Positions 1-14,584 of a stretch of DNA of 64,000 nt are shown one piece after another. A program made the position numbers and the translations under genes. The stretch is taken from assembly GCF_009914755.1 (NCBI RefSeq), contig NC_060930.1; one strand, written 5' to 3'. This DNA is from the human T2T-CHM13v2.0 reference genome, Homo sapiens. Every line of letters begins with the position of its first letter. Position 1 is the stretch's first letter. The notes beneath the pieces are model-generated. The model was not told where the DNA came from and did no database searches. It was given only the letters and a program-made list of their open reading frames with translations.

Positions 1-504
1 GTCTTTGAACCTAGTTCATGATGTGGTGTCTCTACTCTGTCTGGTAACACAATGGTCTTGTTTTGTTTTGTTTTTTTTTCAATATGTGTTATTTATATTA
101 CCTGTTTCTATAGTTAACTGAGTGCATCTCTCCTCTGCCACAGATAAACTTCGCCACACCCTAAAATATCATAAGCCAGAACACTTGTACCTCTAAATTT
201 CTGGGTCTAACCACAAATTCATAGCTGTTTACCTAGACTACCTCACATTTACTAAAGTAAGCTTTGATTTCAGCATGAACTCAAATCCTATAATACCTGC
301 ACCCCAAACATACCGTGCCACCTCCTTTTGATATTCACTAGCCTCTTAGCCAATCAGTTGTGTTGGTTAATAATTTCCATCTTACATTCCCTAGCATCAC
401 AAGATATTATGAAATTTGGTGCTTCTTGTATAGAGATATTTTTGTATCATTACCCTTGTTATCTGTTCTTCACTGCACTGCATTTAGTAGATGTTCTATT
501 CCCT

Positions 505-1090
505 TGCTACTCAAAGTGTGCTACTCAAAGACCAATGTATTAGCATCACCTGGATGCTTGTTAGCAATGCAGAATCTCAGGACCCACCCCAAACCTACTG
601 AATCAAAATAGAAATTGGTGTGTCACGCCAATAATTCACAAGCTTATATATATATATATGAATAACCAGGGGATCTTACTGAAATACAGATTTTGGTATT
701 AGGTATGGAATTGGGGCTAGATATTGAGGTGATGCTGCTGGTCCCTGACCCACACATAGAATGCAAAAATCTGGTCCAGTCACTCCCAAAGTGTCATCTG
801 GAATAGCATCTTCAGCATCATCTGAGAAATTTTAAAAATGTAAATTCTTGGGCTAATTCCCAGAACTACTGGATCAAAAGTTCTGGGAGTGGCAGTCAGT
901 AATCTATGTTTTAACAAGCCAATAAGACTGTCAGACGATTACGATGCTTGCTAAATTTGAGAACATTGGTCTAATCCATTGGTCTCATACTTGACTGTAC
1001 ATTAGAATCACCTAGGAAGCATTTTTACAAAACAAAACAAAGAAACAAAAAAAAAAACACTGATGCCTGGTTCTTTTACCAAGAGATTCT
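505..1090. mobile_element. Cluster of ~4 degenerate MER5-family (hAT-Charlie) DNA transposon fossils in mixed orientation
   Basis: Repeated MER5 hallmarks: CTCAAAGTGTG...AGCATCACCTGG...ATGCAGAATCTCAGG...CCTACTGAATCA (505-610); opposite-orientation GGTGATGCTGCTGGTCC (~640-770); a further copy at 778-968; and TACATTAGAATCACCTAGG (977-1090). Confidence 0.7.
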
Positions 1091-1107
1091 TTAAAGTGAA
1101 CACAAGC

Positions 1108-4100
1108 CATGTTCACTTTAAGTGTTGACTATTTACCAAGATAGATCATATTCTAAGCCATAAAACAAGTCTCGAGAAATTCAAAAGAATTTACATCATA
1201 CAAAACATGTTCTCTGCCCACAGTATAATTGAATGAGAAACCACTAACAGAAAACAAATTCAGAAAATTCCCTAATGTTTAGAAACCAAATCCACACATA
1301 TATAACCCATGAAATAAAAGAGAAACTAGTTTAAAGTAAAGGAAAACAAAGACACAATACATCAAAACTTGTAAGATTCAAGAAAAGCAATACTAAAAGG
1401 GAAATGTATGGTACTGAACCCCTATACTAGAAAAGAAGAAATGCTTCAAATCAAAGTTCCTGGTTTCCATCTGAAAAAAAAAAAAAAAAAAAAAACTAGA
1501 AAAAGAAGAATAAATTAAATCTAAAAATAGTCAAAAGAAACAAAACGATAAAGATTAGAGCCGAAATCAACAAAATATAAAAGAAGAAAAAAAATAGAGA
1601 AAAATCAATAAAACCAAAAGCTAATTTATTGAGAACAGAAACCTCTGACTAGATTGATTAGACATTGATAAACCTCACACCAGACTGATCAGGGACAAAA
1701 AAGAGAAGACACACCTCACCAAAAAACAGAAATGAGAAAGGTGATATCTCTATGATTTCTACAGATATTATGAGGATGATAAGAAAATATTGTAACCAAT
1801 TTTACATTAAGACATTCAACAAATTCAATGAAATGAACAAATGCCTCGAAAAACACAAAACTACCAAAGTTCATTCAGGTTATAAATAACCTGATAGCCT
1901 TATATCTATGAAAGAATTTTAATTTGTAGTAAAAAGAAATCTCTCTTTTCTCACTAAAAAAATTCCAGGCTTATGATTTCACAGGCCAATTCTACCAGAC
2001 ATTCAAGGAAGAAATAATGAAACCGCCTTTGCAAAATTATGACTGAGACAGTGAAACAGATCTAATTTAATTGACTCCATCTTGCTTCTAACCTCCAAGC
2101 TGTCCTTGTTCATTCCTGGACATAGGCTGAACTAACTTTGGGAGAAACTTAGTTTACAGTTTATAGTTTAAAACAAAGATGATAACAGCCTTTTCCCAAA
2201 GCAGATCTCCTTCTTGCCTGGGGACTAGATTGCCTTTATAGGACTAACATTAGCCACAAGATTAGAAATTGTGGTTTAGGAGTCAGGCAGCTGGAGGCTA
2301 CAAGATTCTGACCCTCCCTCAACTGTTCTTGACATTAGTGCTTGCGGTGTTTTGCAGCCCCTGCACTTGATGGACAAGCTGGCACCACCCAGGTGGATTA
2401 AATGGCTCATCTGATATTGTTGCCCCCACCCAGAAACTGACTCAGTGCAAGACAGCTTGGACTCCCCATGATTTAATTCCTGACCCATCAGCAGTCCTGG
2501 CTCACTGGCTTCTCCCCACTGACCGAGTTGTCCTTAAAAACTCTGATCCCCTAATGCTCCAGGAGACTGATGTGGGTGGTGTCCGTCACAGCCAGCTCTA
2601 TGTGGATTACTCTTTCTCTATTGCAATTCCCCTGTCTTGACAAATCGACTGTGTCTAGGCAGTGGGCAAGGTGAACCCATTGAGCAGCTGCAATAATATA
2701 AATTCAATATAAATGCTTCCAGAAAAACAGAGGAGGAAGCACTACTTTAACAACTTATTCTATTATTATAAGTTTAGCACCACTCTGATACTAAAACCAG
2801 ACAAGGAAATTACAGGAAAACTACAGACCAGCATCAGTCATCAGCATAAATATTAAAAGTCTTAAAATTTTAGCAAATTGGGTATCCAAAATTATGTAAA
2901 AAGAATAATGCAACATAGCCAACTAGGCATTACCTCAGGAATGTGAGGTTGGCTTAACAGGAAAATTCAGTCAATGTAATTCATTACATTATTAGAAAAA
3001 TAATATTATCATCTCAATAGATGCAGAGAAAGAATTTGACAAAATTCAACATCTATTTCTGATAAAAAGTCTCAGAAAACTATGACTAGAAAGGAACTTT
3101 CTCAACCTAACTAAAAAGGGACAATTGAAGAAAAAAAAGATTACTTAATACTTAAATGGTAAAAAACGAAAAGCTTTCCCTCTAGGGTCAGTAACAAGGG
3201 TGTCATCATTTCTATTCAAAATTGTACTAAAGATTCTTTCCAGCATAATAAGGCAAGAAAAAGACAAATGGCATCAATATTGGAGTGAAGGAAGTTAAAG
3301 CTGTCTTTATTAGAAAACAACATAATTTCTATGTAGAAAATCCTACAAAACCTATAAAAAAAACTGGTAGAATTAATAAATTATTTTAGCAAGGTTACAG
3401 ACTAAAAGATCAGAATACAAAAATAAATTATAATTTGCATATACTAACAGTGAATAATCAGAAATTGAAATTCAGAAAAACAGTATTTACAGTAACATCA
3501 CAAATATGAAATATTTTGGAATAAATTTAACAAATGATATGTGAGACTTGAACATTGAAAATGATAAAACACTGCTGAAAAAAATTAAAGAAATTGTAAA
3601 TAAATGGAGACTCATACCACATACCACATTTATATATTTAAAGACTTAATATTGTTAATATTTGATCTATATGTTCAATACAATGCTAATCAAAATTCTA
3701 GAAGCCCTTTTCTTTAACAAGCAGACTCTAAAATGTATATGAAAATTCAAAGACCCCTGAAAGGCAAAATTTTTTTAAGAAAAATAAAGATGGAGGACTT
3801 ATGCTACCAGATTTCAAGGTTTATTATAAAGCTATGGCAATCAAGACAGTGTGGCATTGGTACAAAAGTAGGCAAATAGATCAATGCAACAGAAAAGAGT
3901 TTAGAAATTAACCCACATGTTTATAATTAATTGATGTTCAACCAAGTGACCAATATAATTCAGCAAGAGAAAGGATAATCTTTTTGGCAAATGGTTCTGG
4001 AAAAACTAGATATCAATACAGAAAAAAATAAATACACCTTGACCCTTTCCTGACAATTAATTCAAATACATCATAGAACTACATAAAGGAGCAAAATTAT

Positions 4101-5107
4101 TCAACTTCTAGTATTAAAAAAAAAAAAAACAGAAGAAACTCCTAGTGTCCTTGAGCTTGGCAAAAGCACAAATCATAAAAGAAAAATTCAATAAACTGGA
4201 CTTCAGCAAAGTTAAAAACTTTTAACAGAGTGGGAGAAACTATTTGCAAGACATATAGCTGACAATAAACTTTTATCTAGAATTACATTGAAAAACCCTT
4301 CCTACTCAAAAATAAAAGGACAAATGATCCAATCTTTAAAAAATTGAACAGACACTTTACCAAAGAATATATACGATTAGCAAAGAAACACATGAAAATA
4401 TGCTCAACATCATTTGTCATTAACAAAATACATATTAAAACTATAATAAGACACCAGTATGTACCTATTAGAAATGGCTAAAATTTAAAAGACTAACCAC
4501 ACCAAATGTTGGCAAGGATGTGGAGGAACTGAAATAATATTTAATGCTGATAAAAATGTAAAAGGGTTAGCCACTTTGGAAAAATGTTTGTCAGATTCTT
4601 AAAACTGAAGCATCCATTTACTTAATTCTATTTTTACATATTTATGCAAAAACATAAGGAAGGCATGTCTGTCTCTACAAATATTGTACATGAATGTTCA
4701 TAGCAGCTTTATTTGTAATAGTCACAACTCAAGTGTCCATTAATAAGTGAACTGATAAATTATGTTTTTTCCACACAATGGGATACTACTCAGCAATATT
4801 TTTTAAATGAGCTTTTGATACATGTAACTTCTTTCTGATGAAAGAAGAGAGACCAAATAGAGTATATACTGCATGATTCTATTTATATACAATTGTAGAA
4901 AGTGCAGGCCAATCTATAGTGGCAGAAAGCAGATGAATTGTTTCCTGGAAAGGGCAAGGAGGGGCAGGAGGAAGAGATTATCAAGGAGCTTGCAAAAAAT
5001 GTATGGATATATTTATTATCTTGATTGTGATGATGGTTTCATAAGTGTATACATATGTCAAAATTTACTGTATGTTAATGACATCTCAATAAAGCTGTTT
5101 TAAAAAT
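1108..5107 (+). mobile_element. Old mammalian LINE-1 (L1MC/MD/ME-type), 5'-truncated, decayed ORF2 plus 3' UTR, interrupted by LTR8
   Basis: Continuous degenerate ORF2 homology (e.g. ATCTCAATAGATGCAGAGAAAGAATTTGACAAAATTCAAC at ~3011). It ends in an old-L1 3' UTR (TATCTTGATTGTGATGATGGTTTC...CTCAATAAAGCTGTTT). No long ORF. Confidence 0.9.
2018..2692 (+). mobile_element. Solo ERV1 LTR, LTR8-like (~675 bp)
   Basis: Starts TGAAACCGCCTTTGCAAAATTATGACTGAGACAGTG and ends GGGCAAGGTGAACCC...GCA (TG...CA termini). 4-bp TSD ATAA at 2014-2017 and 2693-2696. The L1 resumes in register after it. Confidence 0.88.
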
Positions 5108-5169
5108 TATAAAAAATCAAAACCATACACCCACATATATAATGAATATAGATTTTAAAACAATAAATC

Positions 5170-5582
<413 letters not shown>

Positions 5583-5892
5583 ATCCTATTCCATGACCCT
5601 AATCTGCATCTGCAGTCCTGAAAAACCCTCACCTAAATTAATGCCCGTAGTTGCCAGGGAACCATGTTGGAAAATGTGAGTAGGCAATGTAAATCCATCC
5701 TCACTTCAAGAAAACAACCTGAAGCACCTAATATTGATAGCCAATCAGTAGTATCATCTTTGTAAAATGAAGGATAACTTTATATTTTAAAAATGTGCCT
5801 CTGAAAGTTCAGTGCCAGTTCTGACAACTGAAAAATATGTAACCATAGATGCAGAATATAAGAAGTAAATAATTCAGAAAATGAAGCTTTCT

Positions 5893-6040
5893 AGCTGGAC
5901 ACGATGGCTCACACCTATAATTCCAGCTATTCAGGAGGCTGTGGTGGGAGGATCTATTGAGCCCAGGAGTTTAAGGCTGCAGTAAGCTGTGATCACACCA
6001 CTGCACTCCAGCTGGGCCGACAGAGAAAGAACCTGTTCCA
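5893..6040 (+). mobile_element. Free Alu monomer (FAM/FRAM-like)
   Basis: Single-arm Alu sequence GCTGGACACGATGGCTCAC...GAGCCCAGGAGTTTAAGGCTGCAG...CACTGCACTCCAGC. Confidence 0.8.
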
Positions 6041-6886
6041 ACTCCACCTTCCATCCCTCACCAAAAATTAAGTTTTCTGACAAGCCCTGCTGAACAGGGA
6101 AGGTGAAAGGTACATGAGAAGGTAGAAAATGTAGAAAGGAACAACTTCAGAAGTTCTGGACAATGGATCAGGAAGTAAAGGAAGTTAACACCTCAAATCA
6201 TCGCTCTTAAAAGTATTCTGTGTCAATAAAACAAAGTTTACTTTCTCGTATTTGGTGACTTCTATATTTTTTTCTATTGAATAATTTTTAATGTGGTTTT
6301 ATTTTTTAATATGCCTGTTTTATTGTTCCTTTCTTCAAAAAGATATCTGGAATTATTTTCCTTCTTCTTATCAGCCATGCAAATAATTGTGCAGTCTTAT
6401 GTTTTGTTTTATTGGTTTATTAATTTTAAGGATTTAAGGATTCTTTTTGAACTCATTTTACCATAAGAATATTTACATTCCTTTTCACCAACTTCTGCTT
6501 ATTCAAAGATGTGAGGAAATTAGTTCACTGTGCTCAATCCTCAGCTGTTTTCTTCCAGCAACTCTGATAAGTCCCTGGAGAATTCCTTTAGGAACAAGAA
6601 AAGAGACAGAAATTGTTGCTTTCAGTCATCTGTCCCTCCCTAACACCAACTAACACTTGTCCTGAATTCCACTGAAATATTTTGTAGATAATGATAAGTC
6701 TATGCATCTCCTCTAAGTGCTTGGCGTCCTTGCTATTTTATAAAGGCAAGAACTCAAGAGGAAAAGAAGAGCACTTCCAGATCATGTTTGATCTTCAAAC
6801 CAATGTGCAAAAATTAAAGGTGCTAAAATCCCAAAATTTTGTATAAGGAACAATTTCAACTTCTTTTATTAGAAATGGCAAAAATG

Positions 6887-7195
6887 GGCTAGGCACAGTG
6901 GGTCATACCTGTAAACCCAGCACTTTGGGAAACCGAGGTGAGAGAATCACTTGAGCCCATGAGTTTGAGACCAGCCTGGGCAACAAGGTAAGACCCCCAA
7001 CCTCTATAAAAAAATGTTTTTTTTTTAATTAGCAGGGCATGGTGGCATACATCTGTGGTCCCAGCTATTCAGGAGGCTGAGGTTGGGAGGATTATTTCAG
7101 CCCAGGAGGTCAAAGCTGTAGTGAGCTGTGATCATGCCACTGTACTCCACCTTGGGTGGCAGAGCAAGACCCTGTTTCAGAAAAAGAAAAAAGAA
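6887..7195 (+). mobile_element. AluJ
   Basis: Dimeric Alu with J-type TTGAGCCCA...AGTTTGAG. Perfect 16-bp TSD AGAAATGGCAAAAATG at 6871-6886 and 7196-7211. Confidence 0.93.
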
Positions 7196-7452
7196 AGAAA
7201 TGGCAAAAATGCAGGTTTGTTTTACACTTCTTTATAGCTGTGATACTGTTTAACTGCAGAGGGTACAGAACTCTTCTCCGGAGGAAATAAAAGAGCTCAG
7301 ACATACATTATTTCACACAGAAATATTCCAGGTAACATTACAAATTGAGACACAGGTCAAAAATGACTCCTAAATATTTGTATTATTAGGTCAGAAATGA
7401 ACTAAATAAGATGAAAATATTATTTTTGTTTTGTTTTAAGATTATTTCCACC

Positions 7453-7753
<301 letters not shown>

Positions 7754-7764
7754 TCCACCCTTAA

Positions 7765-8387
7765 TTTTTTAAATTTATTTTATTTTTGTTTAAGTTTCAG
7801 GGTACATGCACAGGATATGCAGGTTTGTTTCATAGGTAAACTTGTGCCATGGTGGTTTGCTGCACCTGTCAACCCATCACCTAGTAATTAAGCCCAGCAT
7901 GTGTTATTTCTTTTTTCTAATGCTCTCCCCACCCTGCCCTCCCCCGACAGGCCCCAGTGAGTGGTTGTTCCCTCCCTGTGTCCATGTACTCCCATTGTTT
8001 AGCCCCTATTATAAGTAAGAACACGCGATGTTTGGTTTTCTGTTCCTGCATTAGTTTGCTGAGGATAATGGCTCCAGCTCCATCCATGTCCCTGCAAAGG
8101 AGGAGATCTCATTACTTTTTATGGCTGCATAGTGTTGCATGGGGTATATGTACCAAGTTTTCTTTATCCAGTTTATCATTGATGGTCATTTGGGTTGACT
8201 TTATGTCTTTGCTATTGTGAATAGTGCTGCAATAAACATACGTGTGTATATATCTTTATAATAGAATGTTTTATGTTCCTTTGGATATATACCCAGTAAT
8301 GGGATTGCTGGGCCAAATGGTATTTCTGGTTCTTAATCTTTGAGGAATCACCACACTGTCTTCCACAGTGGTTGAACTAATTTACAT
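7765..8387 (-). mobile_element. 3' end of an older primate L1PA (about L1PA8-12), 5'-truncated
   Basis: Reverse L1PA 3' UTR GGGTACATGCACAGGATATGCAGGTTTG...ACCCAGTAATGGGATTGCTGG...GGTTGAACTAATTTACA. Confidence 0.88.
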
Positions 8388-8715
8388 TTTTGATGTTAAG
8401 AATTGTATAAGCAATGATTTAATAATGGGTCATAAAGAAGTTGTAGTCATAGACCCAATTTTAAAAATAAAACAGTTTTGAGCGATAAACAGGTAGTGAT
8501 CACAGTCCCAACTTAAAAAATGTACTCTGACTCTACATGGCCATATAGAATATAGCATAGTTTAATAGATATGAGAGTTATAAGAAGAGCATGAGAAAAA
8601 AAGATTACAGAAGGAATGATGTGTGTGAGTACTGATAAGCATGAGGGCAACTCAAATATGGAGAATCGCAGTTGTTGTACAGCAGGCACAGTCAGAACCA
8701 AAGTCCCAGATAGAT

Positions 8716-8825
8716 AGAGTGGCCCTGTAATTTACTACCCAAATAGGACACTTTTGAGAATAAGAGGGGCACAATTACTAATTGCTTAGGACTCTCCTGG
8801 GCGAACTAGAATATATAATTATTTT
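8716..8825. mobile_element. MER94-like hAT-Blackjack MITE, degenerate
   Basis: TAATTTACTACCCAAATAGGACACTTTTGAGAATAAGAGGGGC resembles the recalled MER94 consensus. Confidence 0.45.
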
Positions 8826-10514
8826 ACAAAGAGCAGAGGGTAATGAGAGAAGAAGGAAGAGGGCAGTGGAAACACTGAAATCTCTTGAGAAGGTGTTTAA
8901 ATTTGATGTGACAGGCTATTGAAAACTACCACAAAAGAGGTCACATAAGATAAAGAAAATATTTGCTGTGTGAATGCAGCTGATCAGATGAAGATAGACT
9001 AAAGGCAGAGAAATTGGCAAGGAAGTTGTTTAAGGCAGTAAGTTCAAGATTCTGTGTCTGTAGAATGAAAAGGTGCCAAGAGTGGACTTAGGAAACATTT
9101 GAGGGAAAGAAACACAGGATAGATAGTAAACCGATGGCTGGGCAGTCAAGCAAAGTGATACAGTGCTAGGACCAACAATGTAGGGAATGGGGAAAGCATT
9201 CAAGAAAAGAATCTGGGGAATTGTCAACACAGATAAAGATGCTCAAGAAGTGCATGTGTGAAAAATGTGGGTGTGTATACAGAATACGATATGGGGAATT
9301 AGAAGAATCCAAGAAAGTAGAAAGGAAGGTGAAATAAGACAGTTCTGAGGATGGCTAAAGGAGCCTAGCAACTGAGAAGTCAAGAGCGTCCGAGATGACA
9401 AAGTGGTTGGTGGTGTTAACACAGTGTCCAGGCTGAGAAAGGAGGAGAACAAGACAATATATTTGCCTTGGGTGACATCACCAAGATGTCTCATTAAACA
9501 CAAAAACTAAGTTAACAGGGACTCAGAGAGGAAAATGATAAAGAGTAATTAAAGTCAGAGATCAATTTTTTTGTGTATGTGGTGGTAAAAAATGAGAGAG
9601 ATTGCAGCCCTTTGAGAAATAGCTGCAATATTTTGCACATGATGTAAGAAATTGATTAAAACTATAATTGGAAAATACAGATGTTATGAAATTTTGGAGA
9701 AACATGCTTGATGGCTGTTCTTCTGCTGTATTTTTTAATTGTTGATTTCAATATACAAAACTCATTTCTTTTCACCTCTTTTTGACACCATCAATCTTGG
9801 TAGCTTTGGGCTCTCCTTGGTTTACTAATGTATAACTTATGCTCAATTTTGACCCCACTCCTATTAGTCAACTTTCAGTTCAATCGAATCCCATCCAGGC
9901 TAACAAAAATATTTTAAAATAGTACTCTTTTGTGACTAAATTAATTTTTCACTTTGACATAATTTGAGGAAGCATTGAGTATGAAAGAAGTCTCGTAATT
10001 TCATAATTAGATTACAGAGATGGGAAAAATAGAAATATCTTTTGGGCAAGTTTTTCCAATAATCTACGAAATTTACAACTAGGTAACTTAGTTCCTGTGA
10101 AACTGGGAAAAATTTCACTCTACCTAAAGACTTATTTTCTAATTAATTCTAAATGTTTTGAAAATCAGGCCTGACACCTGAAATTTCTACATTCACAGTG
10201 TTGTCTGATGGGATATATATAATACGGCAGAGTTTACTCCCTTTTTATTCTTAAATACAAACTGGATTATATTTTCATGAATTGCCTTCTAAGTGAACTG
10301 ACCAAAAAATAAAGTTATTCTATTTTAACATCTTATTAGCTCCTGTTGGCTTAATTCTTATCTTTTTTTTCACAAATCATTCTAATTCAAGGCTACTATT
10401 TGCCTTGAACTTTTGTGTAAATTAGAAAAAGTGCCTCTTCCTCAACACCTGGCTTCAACTGGCTTCCATTGTTCAATCTCATAACAAACATGAACATCTA
10501 CATCTTTGATGTGA

Positions 10515-10571
10515 ACGGCGCCCTTAGAGTTGTGCAGTGTACAGCCTGTACAACCATGCACAGCACCCCTT
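10515..10571. mobile_element. MER91-like hAT-Tip100 fragment
   Basis: GGCGCCCTTAGAGTTGTGCAGTGTACAGCCTGTACAACC resembles the MER91 end. Confidence 0.45.
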
Positions 10572-12764
10572 GGAAGTTGTACCTGGTGCCTTTCTCCCTC
10601 AACTCTAGTGCACATTCACCTAGAGAAGGTAAAGCAAGGACCTGAGGCCCAGAAGAGTGAAGCAATTTCTCCATAAAGTCTTGTTAACACGTGGTGGTAA
10701 AACCAAAGGGAGAGATCTAACTTCCTGGCACTTAGGACCAGAATAACCTGAATCCCTCTCAGTAATCCTCCCAGGACTGCCAACCTCCCACTCAGTGGTG
10801 ATGCTCCAGCATGCCCTGGAAGGGTGACATCATTATTACCCTCTGTATTAGGACTGTAACCTTAGGTAGGAAAGCAGCCTTGTTCTGCTAAGGAACTTCC
10901 TTTTCTGATGTAGTATTTACAATACTTGGCTGTACTTATGCATAAAGAGAAGGTGGTGATACCCACCTGTCTACCTCACAGACTTTGAGATTTTCAAAAG
11001 AGATAATCAATCTGAATGTTTTGTTAACTGTAATGTGCTCTGATCTGATATTATCACCTTGAATCACAAAGATATTTAATAAAAGGGGAAAAAAGTAAAA
11101 CTTAACAATTAGTGGGAGAAGAGGTCTGGATTGGGCTTATCCCTGGGCTTATTCTAAGAAGACAGTGCCAGAGCTAACACTCCCTCTGTCCCTGCTATTG
11201 CAACAGATATATGTAATCTCCTAAAATAACCAGGCTGCCAGCTAACTAGGTGACGCACATCCAATTCAAACCCATACCAGCTCCATGCAGCTACTCTGTA
11301 ATAAGAATATTTTAATATTTAATGCAGCACCTTTCGTCTAAGGATTTCAAATATTTTTTAGTCAATAATTAAGTTTTATAGCACCAAGAGAGCCGCCTAA
11401 ATTTTTGAGAAGTTGCAGAACTTTAAAGCTAAAGGGCAATGTCTGGATGTGAAATATAATTCATTGAAGACCATTCTGCTTTTCAGGTACATGTGATCAT
11501 CTCATTTTAACATTTTTTTTCTTTTTGAGGTCAATGGTACATGAATTGTGTTGGGAGCTGAGAGCCTTGACACAGTAAACATACTCTTAGGGACCTAGGA
11601 CCAAGCCCTGGCTTTACAGTCACCTGGACTCATGGCCAAGACAAGTCACTTTACCTTTATGGGCTTCAGACTGTGCACATGTAAAGACCCTTGAGGGCAC
11701 TGGTGTTAATGGTTAAAGCATCTGTAGGCAGGTAGATACAAACAGATTCAGACTGAAAGGAACATTAAATAGCAAACACCTGCACTGCAATTCAAATGTG
11801 TGTTCTATTTGTGCAGTTTTCATCTTCTGTTCTGTATCTGGTCTTTGCAACCAATCTTTCAATCTGTTGATCTAGTGGAAATAAACATTAATGAGACAGC
11901 AATTGATTGATCAGATCAATAAAACATAATCAGATCATTGTTTTGAATAGCATACACTTCACACAGAGTTTTCAGAACAGCTATCAACCTGATTTGATTA
12001 CTATTAACACACCTGAACCTTGTTGGTGATTAAATTAAGGTAGCATCCATTTTTCCTCCAGGCTTCTTCAGACTTCATTAGATACTCCTAACATTTAGGA
12101 ATGCTACACACTCAAGCAAACTGTCATAAGATATCTTAAGCCTCCTGCATGCTGAATCTCCACAAATGTCCTCCATGTTTGGCTCCCTTTTGAAGTTAGC
12201 AGACAAGAATGCTTGATTAAACGTATTTAAGCTTCTCACCGATCCTCCTTCCAAGTTGCTTTCAGAAGGCTTATGTTGGATTTATACTGAAGAGGTGGAA
12301 GAATGAAGGAAAAAATATATTGAGAAATAATCTGCTTCATATATATCCTTTTTTTCCAGAGACATATTGCTGCTGCTCTTAAAACATTTCTTTAACGGAA
12401 TTTCTTTATATCCTAATCCCCTAAGTAGTAGAAGCCTGAAGGAGTTCTTCAGATAGTCAGTCCCTTTCAACAATGTGGGATGCCTCTTCTTTAGAAAACT
12501 TAAGAGATAATCAATGCTATTCTGAGGGCTGTCCTCCTACAAAATAAGAATTATAAGGAAAGGAGTCCGTGAAACTCTTAAAGCAGTACTTTGAGCTTTG
12601 TTTTGTTTTAACTTTTGGTTCTGACTATGTCAGAGGACTTGTTTCATGATTTGGGGCTGACACATAGGCTATGAAGGCTCCTTAGCTTTCTAATATGAAA
12701 GCTGATGAGATAGGACTGAATGACTTCTAAGATCACTTTCACCAAGAACCAGTTCAGAGGCACT

Positions 12765-12870
12765 AGGAGAGGATGGTTAAGAGTGCAGCCTCTGGGGTCA
12801 AGCTGCTTTGTTTTGACTCTTGGCTCTCCCACTGTCCTGCTGTAATTTCTGCAAGTTGTTCTTTATTCTC
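12765..12870 (+). mobile_element. MIR SINE fragment
   Basis: TGGTTAAGAGTGCAGCCTCTGGGGTCAAGCTGC...GGCTCTCCCACT, the MIR 5' core. Confidence 0.6.
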
Positions 12871-13289
12871 TCCTCAGATATGGCCTTCATGTCTATCAAA
12901 CCCTGTTCAGGATTCATGTGTAGTGAATCTTTTCCCAGTGGCCCTTCTCTTCTCTAGTCACCAGAGTCTCTCTGGAAACCTCACCATACTTCCTCCCCAT
13001 ATAGTCTAACTCCCCATGGCTATACTACATACAATGCAAAGGAAGGGCCTGAAATACTGAAGCACCACTTATCAAACTGCCTACATAGAGTTGGACAGTA
13101 ACTATTTATACATTCAGAATACTATCACTAACATATAGTATGGTGGAAAGTTCAAGTTAGGAATCAGTAAGAGATAAGAAATTGGATGCTTTTTCGCTCA
13201 ACATGAAGATAATCATTTATATTCACCCATTTCTTCATTAAAAGAATGACACTTATTTCTTTCCTGAGTTTTCTTCTCCTTGGACATTA

Positions 13290-13747
13290 AGGTAGGCAAT
13301 CCCATGTGTGTAAGTAGGATTTGTGACTCACATCTTACCAAAAGAATACAGCAACAGTGATGGAATGTACATGATTATATCACATAAAATTATAGTGTCC
13401 TTCTTGCTAAAAGACTCTACCTTGTTTCCTGGCATTAGGAAGCATGCAGCCACATTTGGAAGATGGCCAACATGGAAATAGCTGAGGGCTGGCCAACAGT
13501 CAGCAAAGAGCTGAGACCCTCAGGCTGACAGTGCACAAGAAACAAAATGTTGCCAACAACCCCCTGACTTAGAATCAGATCCTTCTACAGTCAAGCCTCA
13601 GATGAGACCTCCAGCCCTGGCCAACACTGATCGCAGCCTTGCGAGACACGCAGAGCTCCTCAAGGCCAAATTCTGACCCACAAAATAAGAGAGAATAAAT
13701 GTGTGTTGTTTCTGTTAATATTGTTACACAGCAATAGATGAATAATA
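13290..13747 (+). mobile_element. MaLR LTR, MLT1 (E/F-like)
   Basis: GGCCAACAGTCAGCAAAGAGCTGAGACCCTCAG, CAGATGAGACCTCCAGCCCTGGCCAACAC and AATAAATGTGTGTTG...GTTACACAGCAATAGA. Confidence 0.75.
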
Positions 13748-14310
13748 AAATCCTCAAATTAGACTATACCCTTAAGTCACATTTGCTTCTTCCTATTTCT
13801 TGCCCCCATACTTTTTCTTACTCTGTTATCAGTTTCTGCGGTACCCTCTCTCTTTTTATCTAAATTATTTCTGTTTTTAAAGCCCGAACAAAATTGGTTG
13901 TCACTTCTCTGGACTCGCAGTGTTAAACCAAATAATCAGCCCATTGGGAGCTACAGCCTTGTTTATTTTGCTACATTACCACTATGCAGAGATAGTGATA
14001 GTTTCTTTTTGGAATCTAAATTAATAATCCAATATCTTACACACAACAGATGTTCAAAAATGGTTATCTATAATTAATAAATGAAAAACATATTACAGTT
14101 CCAATTTGTATTGAGGAAAAAGTACAGTGGTGCATAATTTTTAATGAAAACATTTAATTACTGTTAGAAATGTGTTAACAGCCACTCAAACCAAATATAT
14201 ATTTTAAGGATATCCCACTTGAAATTGAGTTTAAATGCTCTATTAATATAGGGTGTACATACTCAGTGGTAGAAACTCTTAACAAGTGGATGAATAAAAA
14301 ATAACTTCAA

Positions 14311-14584
<274 letters not shown>

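Noticed and set aside
11470-11495. TTCTGCTTTTCAG|GTACAT as a recursive splice site
   Set aside because: The donor half is weak and there is no supporting gene context
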